64,000 nucleotides of DNA from an uncultured Verrucomicrobiota bacterium. Its GTDB lineage: Bacteria > Verrucomicrobiota > Verrucomicrobiia > Limisphaerales > UBA1319. Shown here one piece after another: positions 1-8,835 of this stretch (position 1 is the first letter of the stretch; each line of letters starts with the position of its first letter). Both the position numbers and the translations under genes were made by a program. Location of the stretch: positions 1,488 through 65,487 of the forward strand of contig CAZIDG010000013.1 of the NCBI GenBank assembly GCA_964538065.1. The letters run 5' to 3'. The notes beneath the pieces were generated by a model. It made no database searches. It was not told where the DNA came from and saw only the letters and a list, made by a program, of their open reading frames with translations.

Positions 1-1399
1 CGCGCTTGAGTGGCGGCTGCTTCCACTTCCCGTTCAACGCCTCATCCCTCGGCCAGTAGAGGCGCAGGGCGGCCATGAACGGGCCGCTGGGCGCGGGCAG
101 CCAGTTCGACTCCTTGTCATTGCCGGGCGACTCGTGCTGGATGTAAAGCGTCAGTCCGCCGTCGGCGTCGTGTTTCAGATCGGGCAGCATCGGCGAGTTG
201 ATGAGATAGCGGTTGAGCGGATTGGCGACGAGCTGACTGGAGGGCATCTCATACATCGTCAGCGACCAGAACGCATTGACGGGTGGCAATTGGCCCGGCG
301 CAAACCGCAGCGCGTAGCGGTTCTTCGATGCATCCAGCTTCTCTCCCAGGGCATCCATCGAGTAGATCGGATATATCGCTTCCAACTTCGAGTTGCCATA
401 GATGCCGAGGACGGCGGCGGCCATGCGGTAGAGATAATTGTTATTTAAATATTCCCGCGTGCCGAAAATATCGCCGCTGGTGACTTCGCCGGAATCCATC
501 TTGGTTTTCCTGAACTCGGCCAGGGCCTGCCAGGCGTCCGCCATGCCGTCCTCCACGGCCTGGCGCACTTCGGGAGTGAGTTTTCCCGCGTCGAAGGTCC
601 GCCCCGCGCCGATGCCCAGCGTGGCGAAGCGCGTCATCAACGCCTTCTCAGAGGGATGCGTGGGGCAGAATTGGAGGACGAAGTTGAGGATGTTGAAGAA
701 TTCGGGCGAGGTCTTCTGTTGTTCCGGGGTGAGCGGCTTCACGAATTCAATCGCCGGCGCGGGCGCGGGCGCAGGCGTTCCGAGGAATTGCGAAAGGGTC
801 TGTACCCGATAGCCCGCTTGAACCTTCTTCACGTTGTCGAGGTCAGCGGGATTGAAGAGTTGGGTGCGATATAAGGCCAAAGCGATCTCAGTCTCCGATT
901 CGATCACCTTCTTGACGCCCCTGGGCGTTGCGGCCCTCCAGTTCGGGCCGGCGATGAGAAAACTGCCGCCCTCATTGCCCGTGGCGCGGCTGCCCAGGTA
1001 GGCGAAGTTATGCGTGTAGGAGTCAATCAATTGCACCGAGAAATACCGTGTCTTCTCGATGGGCGGCACAGTGAGCACGATCGGCTCAGCCCGCAGATCA
1101 AGCCCAAGCATCGAATAGGGAGTGTCGGAGTTGGGCGTTTGGACCGCTCTGTCTTCGGATGTGAAGACGCGCGGCATGTTGCGGATTTCGTTCCACGGCG
1201 CCTTGAACTCGCGATTGTTGCGGTCCACGTAGTAGGCGTATTGGATGCGGTAGCCGTCCACCATCGGGAAGCCGTAGATGTAAGCTTCCTTGGCAACGGC
1301 GCGGGCTTCGGCGGGCGTGATGTCCGCCGCGCGGCTGGGAATGGTTGTTGCGGCCAGCGCACAGGCAAGTGCGGTGGTGAGAAGTCTGTTCGGTTTCAT
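1..1399 (-). CDS. DUF1254/DUF1214 domain secreted protein (3' end beyond the left window edge, so it is absent from the ORF track)
   Basis: I translated the minus strand from the ATG at 1399-1397. It begins MKPNRLLTTALACALAATTIPSRAAD (signal peptide). Later motifs are YIYGFPMVDGYR, TPNSDTPYSMLGLDLRAEPIVLTVP, PPVNAFWSLTMYE and ESNWLPAPSGPFMAALRLYWP. The frame stays open to position 1 and is collinear with the paralog at 1420..2865. Confidence 0.85.
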   Translation of the reverse strand, partial: MKPNRLLTTALACALAATTIPSRAADITPAEARAVAKEAYIYGFPMVDGYRIQYAYYVDRNNREFKAPWNEIRNMPRVFTSEDRAVQTPNSDTPYSMLGLDLRAEPIVLTVPPIEKTRYFSVQLIDSYTHNFAYLGSRATGNEGGSFLIAGPNWRAATPRGVKKVIESETEIALALYRTQLFNPADLDNVKKVQAGYRVQTLSQFLGTPAPAPAPAIEFVKPLTPEQQKTSPEFFNILNFVLQFCPTHPSEKALMTRFATLGIGAGRTFDAGKLTPEVRQAVEDGMADAWQALAEFRKTKMDSGEVTSGDIFGTREYLNNNYLYRMAAAVLGIYGNSKLEAIYPIYSMDALGEKLDASKNRYALRFAPGQLPPVNAFWSLTMYEMPSSQLVANPLNRYLINSPMLPDLKHDADGGLTLYIQHESPGNDKESNWLPAPSGPFMAALRLYWPRDEALNGKWKQPPLKR

Positions 1400-1419
1400 A
1401 CGGTTTGTCTCATGGGTTG

Positions 1420-2865
1420 TTATTGGGTTGGCATAAGGATTGGCTCCTGAACCTTCGTCACCACAGGCGGATTCCACTTGCCGGCAAGCGCATCGAGCTT
1501 CGGGCCATAGAGCCGCATCGTCAGGTTGAAGGGACCCTTCGGTGAAGGCAGCCAGTTGGCTTCGTTGTCTTTGCCGGGGCTTTCATGTTGGAAGTAAAGG
1601 TCCAGCGAGCCGTCGGCGTTGTATGTGAAGGGCATCCAACTGCTCACAGCGAACCGGTTTAACACGTTCGCCACCTGGAAGCCTTCGACGTCATACATGG
1701 TGATGGACCAAAAGGCATTGACCGGCGGCTGGGCCGTCTTGTCGAAGTGGATCGTGTATTTGTTGGATCCATCGAGCGGCTTCCCGGTATCGTCAGCGAG
1801 ATTCAACGGGTAAATGGCATCCTCTGGCAGATTCGCCCCAAGTCCAACCTGTGCGATGATGGCGCGCTTCAGATAGTAATTGCCGTAAACGCCCATCATC
1901 TCGGTGTTCATGGACCAGGCGTTGGCCACCCGCGCCAGCGTGGCGACTTTCCATTTCATCAGCTTGAGCGCGTCCTCCGGCACGCTTGCCAGCGCCTCTT
2001 GAATTGCCGGATCAAGCCTGGCGAAATCGAAGCTCTTGCCGGGTTCGATGCCGATGCGTTTCATTTGGGCAATAATCGGCTGGTCGGTCAGGTGCGGCGG
2101 ATTAACTTTCAGAAGCTCGGCGGCGTAGGTGAAGTATTTGTTCGCGGGCATGGTGTCCACCTGGATCTTGGGTGGCGTTTTCATGTCCACGGTGGGATCA
2201 ACCTCCACTGTGGGCGCGACAGGAGTCTGGCCCCATTGCGACAACGGCGTCACCTTGTAGCCGGCCTGCACCTTGTGAACGGCGTCGTAGTCAGCCGGGC
2301 CGTCGGTTTTGGTGCGGCCAATGATCCAGACGTAAGGCGTGGGGGCTTTGATCTCCGTCATGTCCGCGGGCACGTTCCCGTTCCAACCGGGAGGCGTGAC
2401 GAGGAAGTTGCCCGCCTGCGTGCCGGTGGTGCGCCAGCCCGGCGAGGCGAACACATCCGTCCACATGTCGAGCATGGGCAACAGGTAGAACCGCCCGGCT
2501 GTGTCGGGCACAGAGACGACGACTGGCTCCCTGGCAAGATCAAGCCACGCCGATGAATACAGCGTGTCGAAATTAGGCCGCACGACTGATCTGAACTCCG
2601 CCGGAGGAAACGCGGGCATGTGGGCAAACGTATTCATCGGTCCCTTGGCGACCTCTTTCCCAGCCTCGACATTCGAAAGTTGCTTGCGGGTCAGGTCCAT
2701 CGAAAGCAGTGGATAAAAATAGAGGTAGGCGTCAACACCGATGGCATGAGCCTCCTCCGGTGTTGGTTTGGCTGGAGGCTGCCCTAAAACAGACGGGTAA
2801 CCGCTTGCCAGCACGATGGAAGTTATGAGCGCCAATGCCAGTTTCATGGATGTCTGTGTCTTCAT
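1420..2865 (-). CDS. DUF1254/DUF1214 domain secreted protein
   Basis: ORF 1420..2964. The internal ATG at 2865 gives MKTQTSMKLALALITSIVLASG (signal peptide). DUF1254-like block: RPNFDTLYSSAWLDLAREPVVVSVPD. DUF1214-like block: PPVNAFWSITMYD...EANWLPSPKGPFNLTMRLYGP. Confidence 0.9.
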   Translation of the reverse strand: MKTQTSMKLALALITSIVLASGYPSVLGQPPAKPTPEEAHAIGVDAYLYFYPLLSMDLTRKQLSNVEAGKEVAKGPMNTFAHMPAFPPAEFRSVVRPNFDTLYSSAWLDLAREPVVVSVPDTAGRFYLLPMLDMWTDVFASPGWRTTGTQAGNFLVTPPGWNGNVPADMTEIKAPTPYVWIIGRTKTDGPADYDAVHKVQAGYKVTPLSQWGQTPVAPTVEVDPTVDMKTPPKIQVDTMPANKYFTYAAELLKVNPPHLTDQPIIAQMKRIGIEPGKSFDFARLDPAIQEALASVPEDALKLMKWKVATLARVANAWSMNTEMMGVYGNYYLKRAIIAQVGLGANLPEDAIYPLNLADDTGKPLDGSNKYTIHFDKTAQPPVNAFWSITMYDVEGFQVANVLNRFAVSSWMPFTYNADGSLDLYFQHESPGKDNEANWLPSPKGPFNLTMRLYGPKLDALAGKWNPPVVTKVQEPILMPTQ

Positions 2866-2908
2866 TGTCTGGTTACCATTGAGTTGTTCATGGGGTTGGC
2901 TTGAAAAG

Positions 2909-3790
2909 TCATCTGGGGAACAGGAACGTAAAAGTGAACCGCACACCCCAATCCGGCCCGCCACTGGGACCCTCGGCGTAATACTTGGCGCCGACGCCGA
3001 AGCTGACCGGCAGTTTGCTGATCTTGAACAATTGGCTCACTTGCGCGACGAGTGGCACAGTCCACTGGCTGTTTTGCCAGTCATAGGTGGCCTCGGTTTG
3101 CACCCCCATCGTCGTGGATGTCTTGGTGGTGTAGGAAAGGAACGGCTGGAGGAACGTGGCGTTCACATTTGCGCGGCTGCCCTCGCCAGCGACTGACCAG
3201 ATATGATTCGCCAGCAAGCCGTAGGTCCAGCCCTTCTCCTGCTTGAGCAGCACGGCCGTTGGCCCGAGGCCGAATTTCTCGCTGCCCAGCGCGTCGTCGG
3301 TGGCGGTTGGATAAAGCAACACCGGGCCGGCGCCCCAAATCAAGCCGCCGGAGGTCGGCGCCTTGGGCGATAAAAAGAAACTCTGGGTAATGTCGCCCAG
3401 GCCGAACTTGTCACTACCCCCCTGGACCGGCGATTCCGCATAGATGATCGGCATGATGGTGCGCGTGATGAGATTCCAATCCTCACTGATGGAAAACGGG
3501 ATGACCGGCTGAACGTTGGCGGTGTAACGCATGGCGTTGGCGGAGCCGATGCCGAAGTCCCAGTTGTTTTGAATGGGAATGCTGATGAGGCTGGCGACGG
3601 GATTGGAGAGTTTTTTGGCGAGCTCGGCCGCCTTGGCATTCTCATCATCGCTCGAGCTGTCCCCGCTGGAGGAGGCAGCGTCGGCGGGCGCGAGGGTGAG
3701 CGATGGCGAGAAACCCGGTTGGTTTTGAGCGGTTGCAGTTGACACTGCGAGCGTGCAGGCGAATGCGAGGAGGAGACGTTTTGGTTTCAT
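2909..3790 (-). CDS. outer-membrane beta-barrel protein (MetA-pathway/phenol-degradation-like transporter family)
   Basis: ORF 2909..3808, with a likely start at 3790 (MKPKRLLLAFACTLAVSTATAQ signal peptide). It has alternating beta-strand patterning, a low-complexity acidic linker, and ends in aromatic FTFTFLFPR, typical of OM barrels. It lies 44 nt upstream of the DUF1254/1214 gene on the same strand. Confidence 0.8.
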   Translation of the reverse strand: MKPKRLLLAFACTLAVSTATAQNQPGFSPSLTLAPADAASSSGDSSSDDENAKAAELAKKLSNPVASLISIPIQNNWDFGIGSANAMRYTANVQPVIPFSISEDWNLITRTIMPIIYAESPVQGGSDKFGLGDITQSFFLSPKAPTSGGLIWGAGPVLLYPTATDDALGSEKFGLGPTAVLLKQEKGWTYGLLANHIWSVAGEGSRANVNATFLQPFLSYTTKTSTTMGVQTEATYDWQNSQWTVPLVAQVSQLFKISKLPVSFGVGAKYYAEGPSGGPDWGVRFTFTFLFPR

Positions 3791-4067
3791 GGTAATGCTG
3801 GGGGTCATGGTTCAGATTCGTGATTTCCCGGCCTGACTGGCTTTATTTTTGGGGGGGGCACAAGGGTGTCGGACGGGTGTTCGACGGCGTTGGTGATTGC
3901 GTCCAGCAAGGCTTTCGATTCCGGGAACGCAACCCCAAATGCGCCCGCCCCAGCGTCAGACTCGCTGATTCATTTATGCAGCAGATGGCGGTGGCCCAGA
4001 TCATGCGGCAATAAGAATTGAACTCTCTGTATTTCGAATACTCCTTGGGCTTATTCTACTATCGAAA

Positions 4068-4289
4068 TCAAAGCATCACAAGCGTGATTTGCAGATTTGC
4101 GCTCTCCGCGTCTCTGAAAACGCCCCCTGTGGGCTCGATTAGGGCGCTGGCAACGATCAAGTCGCTGAGCCGGGGTTCGATCCTGGACATCCTTCGGCGG
4201 GGCGTGGTTCTGCCGGAAGGATGGGCCAACAAAGAGGAGATGCGGTTGATAGAGGGCGGGAAAGTGCGGTCGGGGATGATCTTGGTCAA
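4068..4289 (-). CDS. possible divergent or truncated DUF5615-like (PIN-like) partner of the DUF433 gene
   Basis: 73-aa ORF with a TTG start, 68 nt downstream of the DUF433 gene. TKIIPDRTFPPSINRISSLL...LSDLIVASALIEPTGGVFRDAESANL loosely follows the DUF5615 pattern K-x-L-x-D-E-N-L-P-x-R-L...SD-x-x-I-x-x-A...T-x-D-x-DF. It is short, and the acidic DEN is replaced by DRT. Confidence 0.25.
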   Translation of the reverse strand: MTKIIPDRTFPPSINRISSLLAHPSGRTTPRRRMSRIEPRLSDLIVASALIEPTGGVFRDAESANLQITLVML

Positions 4290-4357
4290 TCTGCGTTCCG
4301 ATCTTCGTCCTCAATAACCTTCAGATAAGGCGGGCGACAGATGGGCGTCCACCCAAA

Positions 4358-4588
4358 TCATGCGGGAGCCAGGACGGGATGGTTGAGCTTGCGGCTGGCG
4401 TACTGGAGGCAGGCTTGAATGTCTTCGGCCTCAAGGTCCGGCAACTCCTCCAGAACCTGTTCGGGGGTCAATCCGTGTCCCAACAAGTCCAGCACGTCAA
4501 TGACACGGATGCGCATGCCCCTGATGCAAGGGCGGCCGCCGCACTGCTCCGGATCAATCGTAATTCGATTCACATCAGTATTGTACAT
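4358..4588 (-). CDS. DUF433 domain protein (antitoxin-like)
   Basis: 76 aa. ITIDPEQCGGRPCIRGMRIRVIDVLDLL...GLTPEQVLEELPDLEAEDIQACLQYA matches the DUF433 hallmark GG-x-P-x-I-x-G-x-R-I plus the C-terminal helix-turn-helix-like segment. Confidence 0.85.
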   Translation of the reverse strand: MYNTDVNRITIDPEQCGGRPCIRGMRIRVIDVLDLLGHGLTPEQVLEELPDLEAEDIQACLQYASRKLNHPVLAPA

Positions 4589-4809
4589 CTTTAAAGCCGG
4601 GCTTGCATATCCAAATTAGCGAGTCCCTTCAGGAGGAGGTAAACCAGCCAGGGGAAGCTGCACCTGGGCGCTTTTCCCGGCCTTTCATCCCTTGCGGAAG
4701 GTTTCGATCATGCGCCCGGGGATGGCTGGTCAGTAAAATGAAGCTTGTTCTCCACCAGTTAATGGAGTATAAACGCGTTGTGAGGCAACAGACGCAACGT
4801 CGGTGCCGA

Positions 4810-6000
4810 ATGCCACATGCGCTGCACTTTTTATCCTGGGTGTTTGGAGCGCTTTGGAGTCTGCTTCTCTTGCCTTCGTGCGCATCCGAGCCCCCCGTTC
4901 AGCCCAAACTGCCCGTGTCCGCCGCCTTCAACAAGGACGCCGGGTGCCCAGGCCCGCTGGTGGTCATGGTGGGGCTGCGGAGCGGCGAGAAACTGCCCTT
5001 TCTATTGGACACCGGGGCCCCGGTCACCAGCCTCGACAAGTCCCTGGTGCCAAGGCTGGGAAAACGGCTTTGCTCGGTCACTGCAGTCAATTTCGGTGAC
5101 GAGTACGAAGTGGATGTGTATGCAGCGCCGCAGCTTTACATGGGCTCAGTGCCCCTGGCCATGATCGGCACCAATGTGGTGGTGTATGACCTAAGCCGGG
5201 CATGGGGCTCGAAAGGCCCCCGTCCCTACGTTGGGATTCTCGGGATGCATGTCCTCCTGAACTACTGCATCCAACTGGACTTCACCGCGCATCGCATGCG
5301 CTTCCTCCCCAACACCGTTTCGGATAAACGTGCCTGGGGCACGCCGTTTCCCCTGGTCGGCCTGGGTGATGGCTGTGTCGTTATCGAGCAAAACGCCCTG
5401 GGCGTCGCTGGCCCGCCCTCGCTCATTGACACGGGCTACCGCTCCGATGGATTTCTGATGCCCGAGCTCTTTCATTGCTGGACCAACCAGGCGACGCTTG
5501 CCCAGCCTGGCCAGGCGCGTTTCCCAGACGCCCGGCTTGGGGGTGAATCCTACCCCGACGCCCTCCTGAGGGCCGAGTCCTTTATCACTGGCGAGCCGCC
5601 ACGCCAGTTCAACGGGATCGGTCTCCGTCTCCTGGCGCGGCACCTGGTCACCTTTGATTTCCCTCATCAAACCATGTATCTCAAGAGAACCCGCCTGGGC
5701 CCTTTGGTGGATAAGGCGTCCCAATCGGTGGCAAATGACGCAGGCAGGCATCTGGATCGCTTGAGGAAAAGGGGGCAGCTTCCCGGTTGGTCCAGGAAGG
5801 ATGAGTTCGCCAACGCCACGGAGACCATTCAGCTTTACTATCCGAACGCGGTTCTTTTTAAAAATGTGCGCAAGAAGGGGGACGCCTCGCTCTACCACTA
5901 CGAGTTTTCCCGTGCCGCTCAGGACCAGCCGTGGACCCTGCAGAAGGCCTGGAGAACGGATCAGCATGCCGCTACGCTCGAAGAATACCCTGTCCGTTAG
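4810..6000 (+). CDS. retropepsin-like aspartyl protease lipoprotein with two DTG motifs
   Basis: ORF 4603..6000. The ATG at 4810 gives MPHALHFLSWVFGALWSLLLLPSC (lipobox-like LPSC). DTG motifs: LLDTGAPVTSLD (D-T-G-A at 5008..5019) and SLIDTGYRSDG (D-T-G at 5428..5436). Confidence 0.8.
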   Translation: MPHALHFLSWVFGALWSLLLLPSCASEPPVQPKLPVSAAFNKDAGCPGPLVVMVGLRSGEKLPFLLDTGAPVTSLDKSLVPRLGKRLCSVTAVNFGDEYEVDVYAAPQLYMGSVPLAMIGTNVVVYDLSRAWGSKGPRPYVGILGMHVLLNYCIQLDFTAHRMRFLPNTVSDKRAWGTPFPLVGLGDGCVVIEQNALGVAGPPSLIDTGYRSDGFLMPELFHCWTNQATLAQPGQARFPDARLGGESYPDALLRAESFITGEPPRQFNGIGLRLLARHLVTFDFPHQTMYLKRTRLGPLVDKASQSVANDAGRHLDRLRKRGQLPGWSRKDEFANATETIQLYYPNAVLFKNVRKKGDASLYHYEFSRAAQDQPWTLQKAWRTDQHAATLEEYPVR

Positions 6001-6215
6001 TTCCAACATCCTCAGCTTGAAGGCCTCCTGCGGTTAATCCGTCCTGGCCCCGTTCACAAGAGCGGGCCCGTTTGGACGGGGCGTTTGGGCTCCAGGGCCA
6101 CTTCACGAGGTGAAATCCTCCAAAAGGGGACATTTCCAAAGAGTTATGGCAGCAGCGATTGGCAAAGGGGCTTTGACCCTGGAGGCGGAATCACGTAGCG
6201 TGCTGGCATTGGTTC

Positions 6216-8828
6216 ATGAAAGAGTTAAGTAAGACAACAGCCGGCAAAGTCAGCGCCTCAAGAACTCAGACCCGTGTGGACGAGCCCACGGGTGCCCGGG
6301 CCTCGGCCGCCTCCCTGGGCCTGGAACTGCTTTCGCCCGCGGGAGACTGGGAATGCGCCCACGCCGCCGTGGAGAACGGGGCGGACGCCATTTATTTCGG
6401 TTTGGAGAAATTCAACGCCCGCATGCGCGCGCAGAATTTCACCGTCGCTGACCTGCCGCCGCTCATGGCGTACCTGCATCAGCGCGGGGTCAAGGGCTAT
6501 GTCACGTTCAACACCCTCGTGTTTGACGACGAGCTGGCCGAGGCCGAGACCTATCTCAAGGCCATCATCGGCGCCGGTGTGGACGCCGCCATCGTCCAGG
6601 ATGCCGGCATCTGCCGCATGATCCGGGCGTTGTCTCCCGATTTCCCCATCCATGCCTCGACCCAGATGACCATCAGCAACGCGGGTGGCCTGACCATGGC
6701 CCGCCAGTTGGGCTGCCGCCTGGTGGCGCTGGCCCGGGAGTGTTCGATCCACGAGATCGAACAGATGCGCCAGGAGTCTGCCGCGGCGCAAAAGCCAGAG
6801 ACTCCGCCGGTCGATTTGGAGGTGTTTATCCATGGCGCCCTGTGCGTTTCCTATTCCGGCCAATGCCTGACCAGTGAGGCCCTGGGGGGGCGTTCCGCGA
6901 ATCGCGGCGTGTGCGCCCAGGCGTGTCGGCTCCCGTATGAACTGATTGTGGATGGACGCACCCTTGAGCTGGGGGATCGTCGGTATCTCTTAAGCCCCAA
7001 GGACTTGGCGGGTCTCGCAGAGCTGCCTGCCCTGATTCGCGCCGGTGTGAAGGTGTTCAAAATCGAAGGCCGCCTCAAGAGCCCCGAGTATGTGGCCAAC
7101 ATGACGCGGATTTACCGCGAGGCCATCGACCAGGTGGTGGACGCCATGGGCCAGCCCCAGGGCGATTCTGCGGGCGAGCAGGTGGCCAGCCGCCTTCAGC
7201 GCGAGCACCAGTATGAGATGGAGATGGCCTTTTCCCGCGGGCTCTATACGGGTTGGCTGCACGGGGTCAACAACCGGGAACTGGTCCATGCGCGTTTCCC
7301 CAAGAAACGCGGTGTGTATCTGGGACGGGTCATTCGCATCTACGGGGGGAATGTCGTGGTGGCCCTGGAAGGCCAGGTCAAACCCGGGGATGGTTTGGTG
7401 TTTGATGCCGGGCGTCCGGACATGAAAGAGGAGGGGGGGCGCGTCTATGAGGTCACGCCTCGCGGCTCTGAAACGGTGCTTGGCTTTGGGATGGGCGACC
7501 TCGATCTCGCCCGCATCCATCCTGGCGATCGTTTGTGGAAAACCAGCGATCCCGCCCTGGAAAAGAAGTGGCGGCAGTCCTTTGACCAGCCCGCCCACCC
7601 CTTCCAGCGCCCGGTGCGCATGCACGTTGCCGGGGCCGAAGGCGCCCCCATGGTTTTGAAGATTCAGGACGATTTTGGGCACGAGGTGGTTGTCCAATCC
7701 TCCCGTCCCCTGGAACGCGCTCAAAAGCAGCCCCTGACCCCGGAGCGGTTGCGCGAGCAGTTGGGCCGCCTGGGCGGCACGTGTTACATGCTGGGCGACT
7801 TGGATTGTGCCTTGCAGGGAGCGGTGATTGTGCCGATCAGTGAACTCAACCGGATGCGGCGCGAGGCGGTGGAGTTGCTGGACAAGGCGAGGTCGCTTCC
7901 CCTTCGATGGACGCTGAACGCACCGTCGGGTGTGACGGCAGCCCAAAGGACCCCGTCGGTTGGCGATGCCGCGGCCCATGAACCACCCCAGTTGGTCGTG
8001 CTGGTGCGCACCCTGGTGCAGTTGGAAGCCGCGTTGTCCTGCGGTTCCAAGGTTGTTTATTGCGATTTTGAGGAGCTGCGCCGTTACCCGGATGCGGTCA
8101 AGATGGTGGCCGAGTCATGTTCCTGCCAGGGGGAAAGACCCAAATTGTTTGTGGCCCCGCCGCGCATTCACAAGCCGGGCGATGAATGGATGCTCCGCCA
8201 GGTGGCCGAATGCGGCGCCGATGGCATTCTGGTCCGGAATTTCGAGCACCTGGAGCGTTTCAAGGGGCAACCCATGGTGGGCGATTACTCGCTCAATATT
8301 GCCAACCACATGGCCGCGGATTTCTTTGTGCGCCAATGCGGTTTGGCGCGTGTCACGCCCTCGTTTGACCTTGATGGGCCTCAGCTTGAGGCCCTGCTGC
8401 GGGCGGCCCCGGCATCGTGGTTCGAGGTTTCCATCCACCATCACATGCCCATGTTCCACATGGAGCATTGCGTGTTCTGCGCATTTCTTTCCGAGGGAAC
8501 GGATTACACGAACTGCGGGCGGCCCTGCGAGAAACATGATGTCCAATTGCGTGACCGCGTCGGGGCCCGGCATCCCTTGAAGGCCGATGCGGGCTGTCGC
8601 AACACCGTGTTTCATGCCCGTCCCCAGACCGGGGCCCGTCACGCTGACCGTTTGCGGGCCATGGGCGTGCGCTGGTTCCGGGTGGAGATGCTCGATGAGA
8701 ATCGGGAACAGACCGTCAAGACCCTGGCGAACTATCGCGCCCTGCTGCGGGGTGAGCTTGCGCCGGAACAGCTCGGGCGCGAGTTGAACTGCCTTGACCA
8801 GCTCGGGATCACCAAGGGACCGGAGTAG
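6216..8828 (+). CDS. long-form peptidase U32 family protein
   Basis: 870 aa. U32 signature-like EVFIHGALCVSYSGQCLTSEALGGRSANRGVCAQACRLPY in the N-terminal half. A second Cys cluster HCVFCAFLSEGTDYTNCGRPCEKH sits in the C-terminal half. Confidence 0.9.
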   Translation: MKELSKTTAGKVSASRTQTRVDEPTGARASAASLGLELLSPAGDWECAHAAVENGADAIYFGLEKFNARMRAQNFTVADLPPLMAYLHQRGVKGYVTFNTLVFDDELAEAETYLKAIIGAGVDAAIVQDAGICRMIRALSPDFPIHASTQMTISNAGGLTMARQLGCRLVALARECSIHEIEQMRQESAAAQKPETPPVDLEVFIHGALCVSYSGQCLTSEALGGRSANRGVCAQACRLPYELIVDGRTLELGDRRYLLSPKDLAGLAELPALIRAGVKVFKIEGRLKSPEYVANMTRIYREAIDQVVDAMGQPQGDSAGEQVASRLQREHQYEMEMAFSRGLYTGWLHGVNNRELVHARFPKKRGVYLGRVIRIYGGNVVVALEGQVKPGDGLVFDAGRPDMKEEGGRVYEVTPRGSETVLGFGMGDLDLARIHPGDRLWKTSDPALEKKWRQSFDQPAHPFQRPVRMHVAGAEGAPMVLKIQDDFGHEVVVQSSRPLERAQKQPLTPERLREQLGRLGGTCYMLGDLDCALQGAVIVPISELNRMRREAVELLDKARSLPLRWTLNAPSGVTAAQRTPSVGDAAAHEPPQLVVLVRTLVQLEAALSCGSKVVYCDFEELRRYPDAVKMVAESCSCQGERPKLFVAPPRIHKPGDEWMLRQVAECGADGILVRNFEHLERFKGQPMVGDYSLNIANHMAADFFVRQCGLARVTPSFDLDGPQLEALLRAAPASWFEVSIHHHMPMFHMEHCVFCAFLSEGTDYTNCGRPCEKHDVQLRDRVGARHPLKADAGCRNTVFHARPQTGARHADRLRAMGVRWFRVEMLDENREQTVKTLANYRALLRGELAPEQLGRELNCLDQLGITKGPE

Positions 8829-8835
8829 GGGGCGT

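Noticed and set aside
4174-4183. GGTTCGATCC, a tRNA/tmRNA T-loop-like motif. A second, GGTTCGATTA, is at 21201..21210.
   Set aside because: At both sites I tried to fold a T-arm. With the canonical TTCGANN loop the stems mispair (G-G or G-A), and I could see no acceptor stem, anticodon arm or CCA context. The first site also falls inside the DUF5615-like reading frame.
4205-4225. CTGCCGGAAGGATGGGCC, which resembles the GGAA tetraloop region of SRP RNA domain IV.
   Set aside because: Only the short GGAAGG core matches. The flanking symmetric and asymmetric loop sequences of 4.5S RNA are absent.
4018-4317. 99-aa plus-strand ORF in the DUF433 downstream region.
   Set aside because: It has no motifs and odd composition. 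It overlaps the more plausible minus-strand DUF5615-like remnant and has no visible Shine-Dalgarno sequence.
5191-6009. 272-aa minus-strand ORF overlapping the aspartyl protease gene.
   Set aside because: It is antisense to a gene with a lipobox and two DTG motifs, and it has no motifs of its own.
6039-6079. An imperfect nested hairpin (CCGTCC...GGACGG) after the aspartyl protease gene.
   Set aside because: The inner stem needs a bulge and no U-tract follows (GGCGTTTGGG), so I did not call a terminator.
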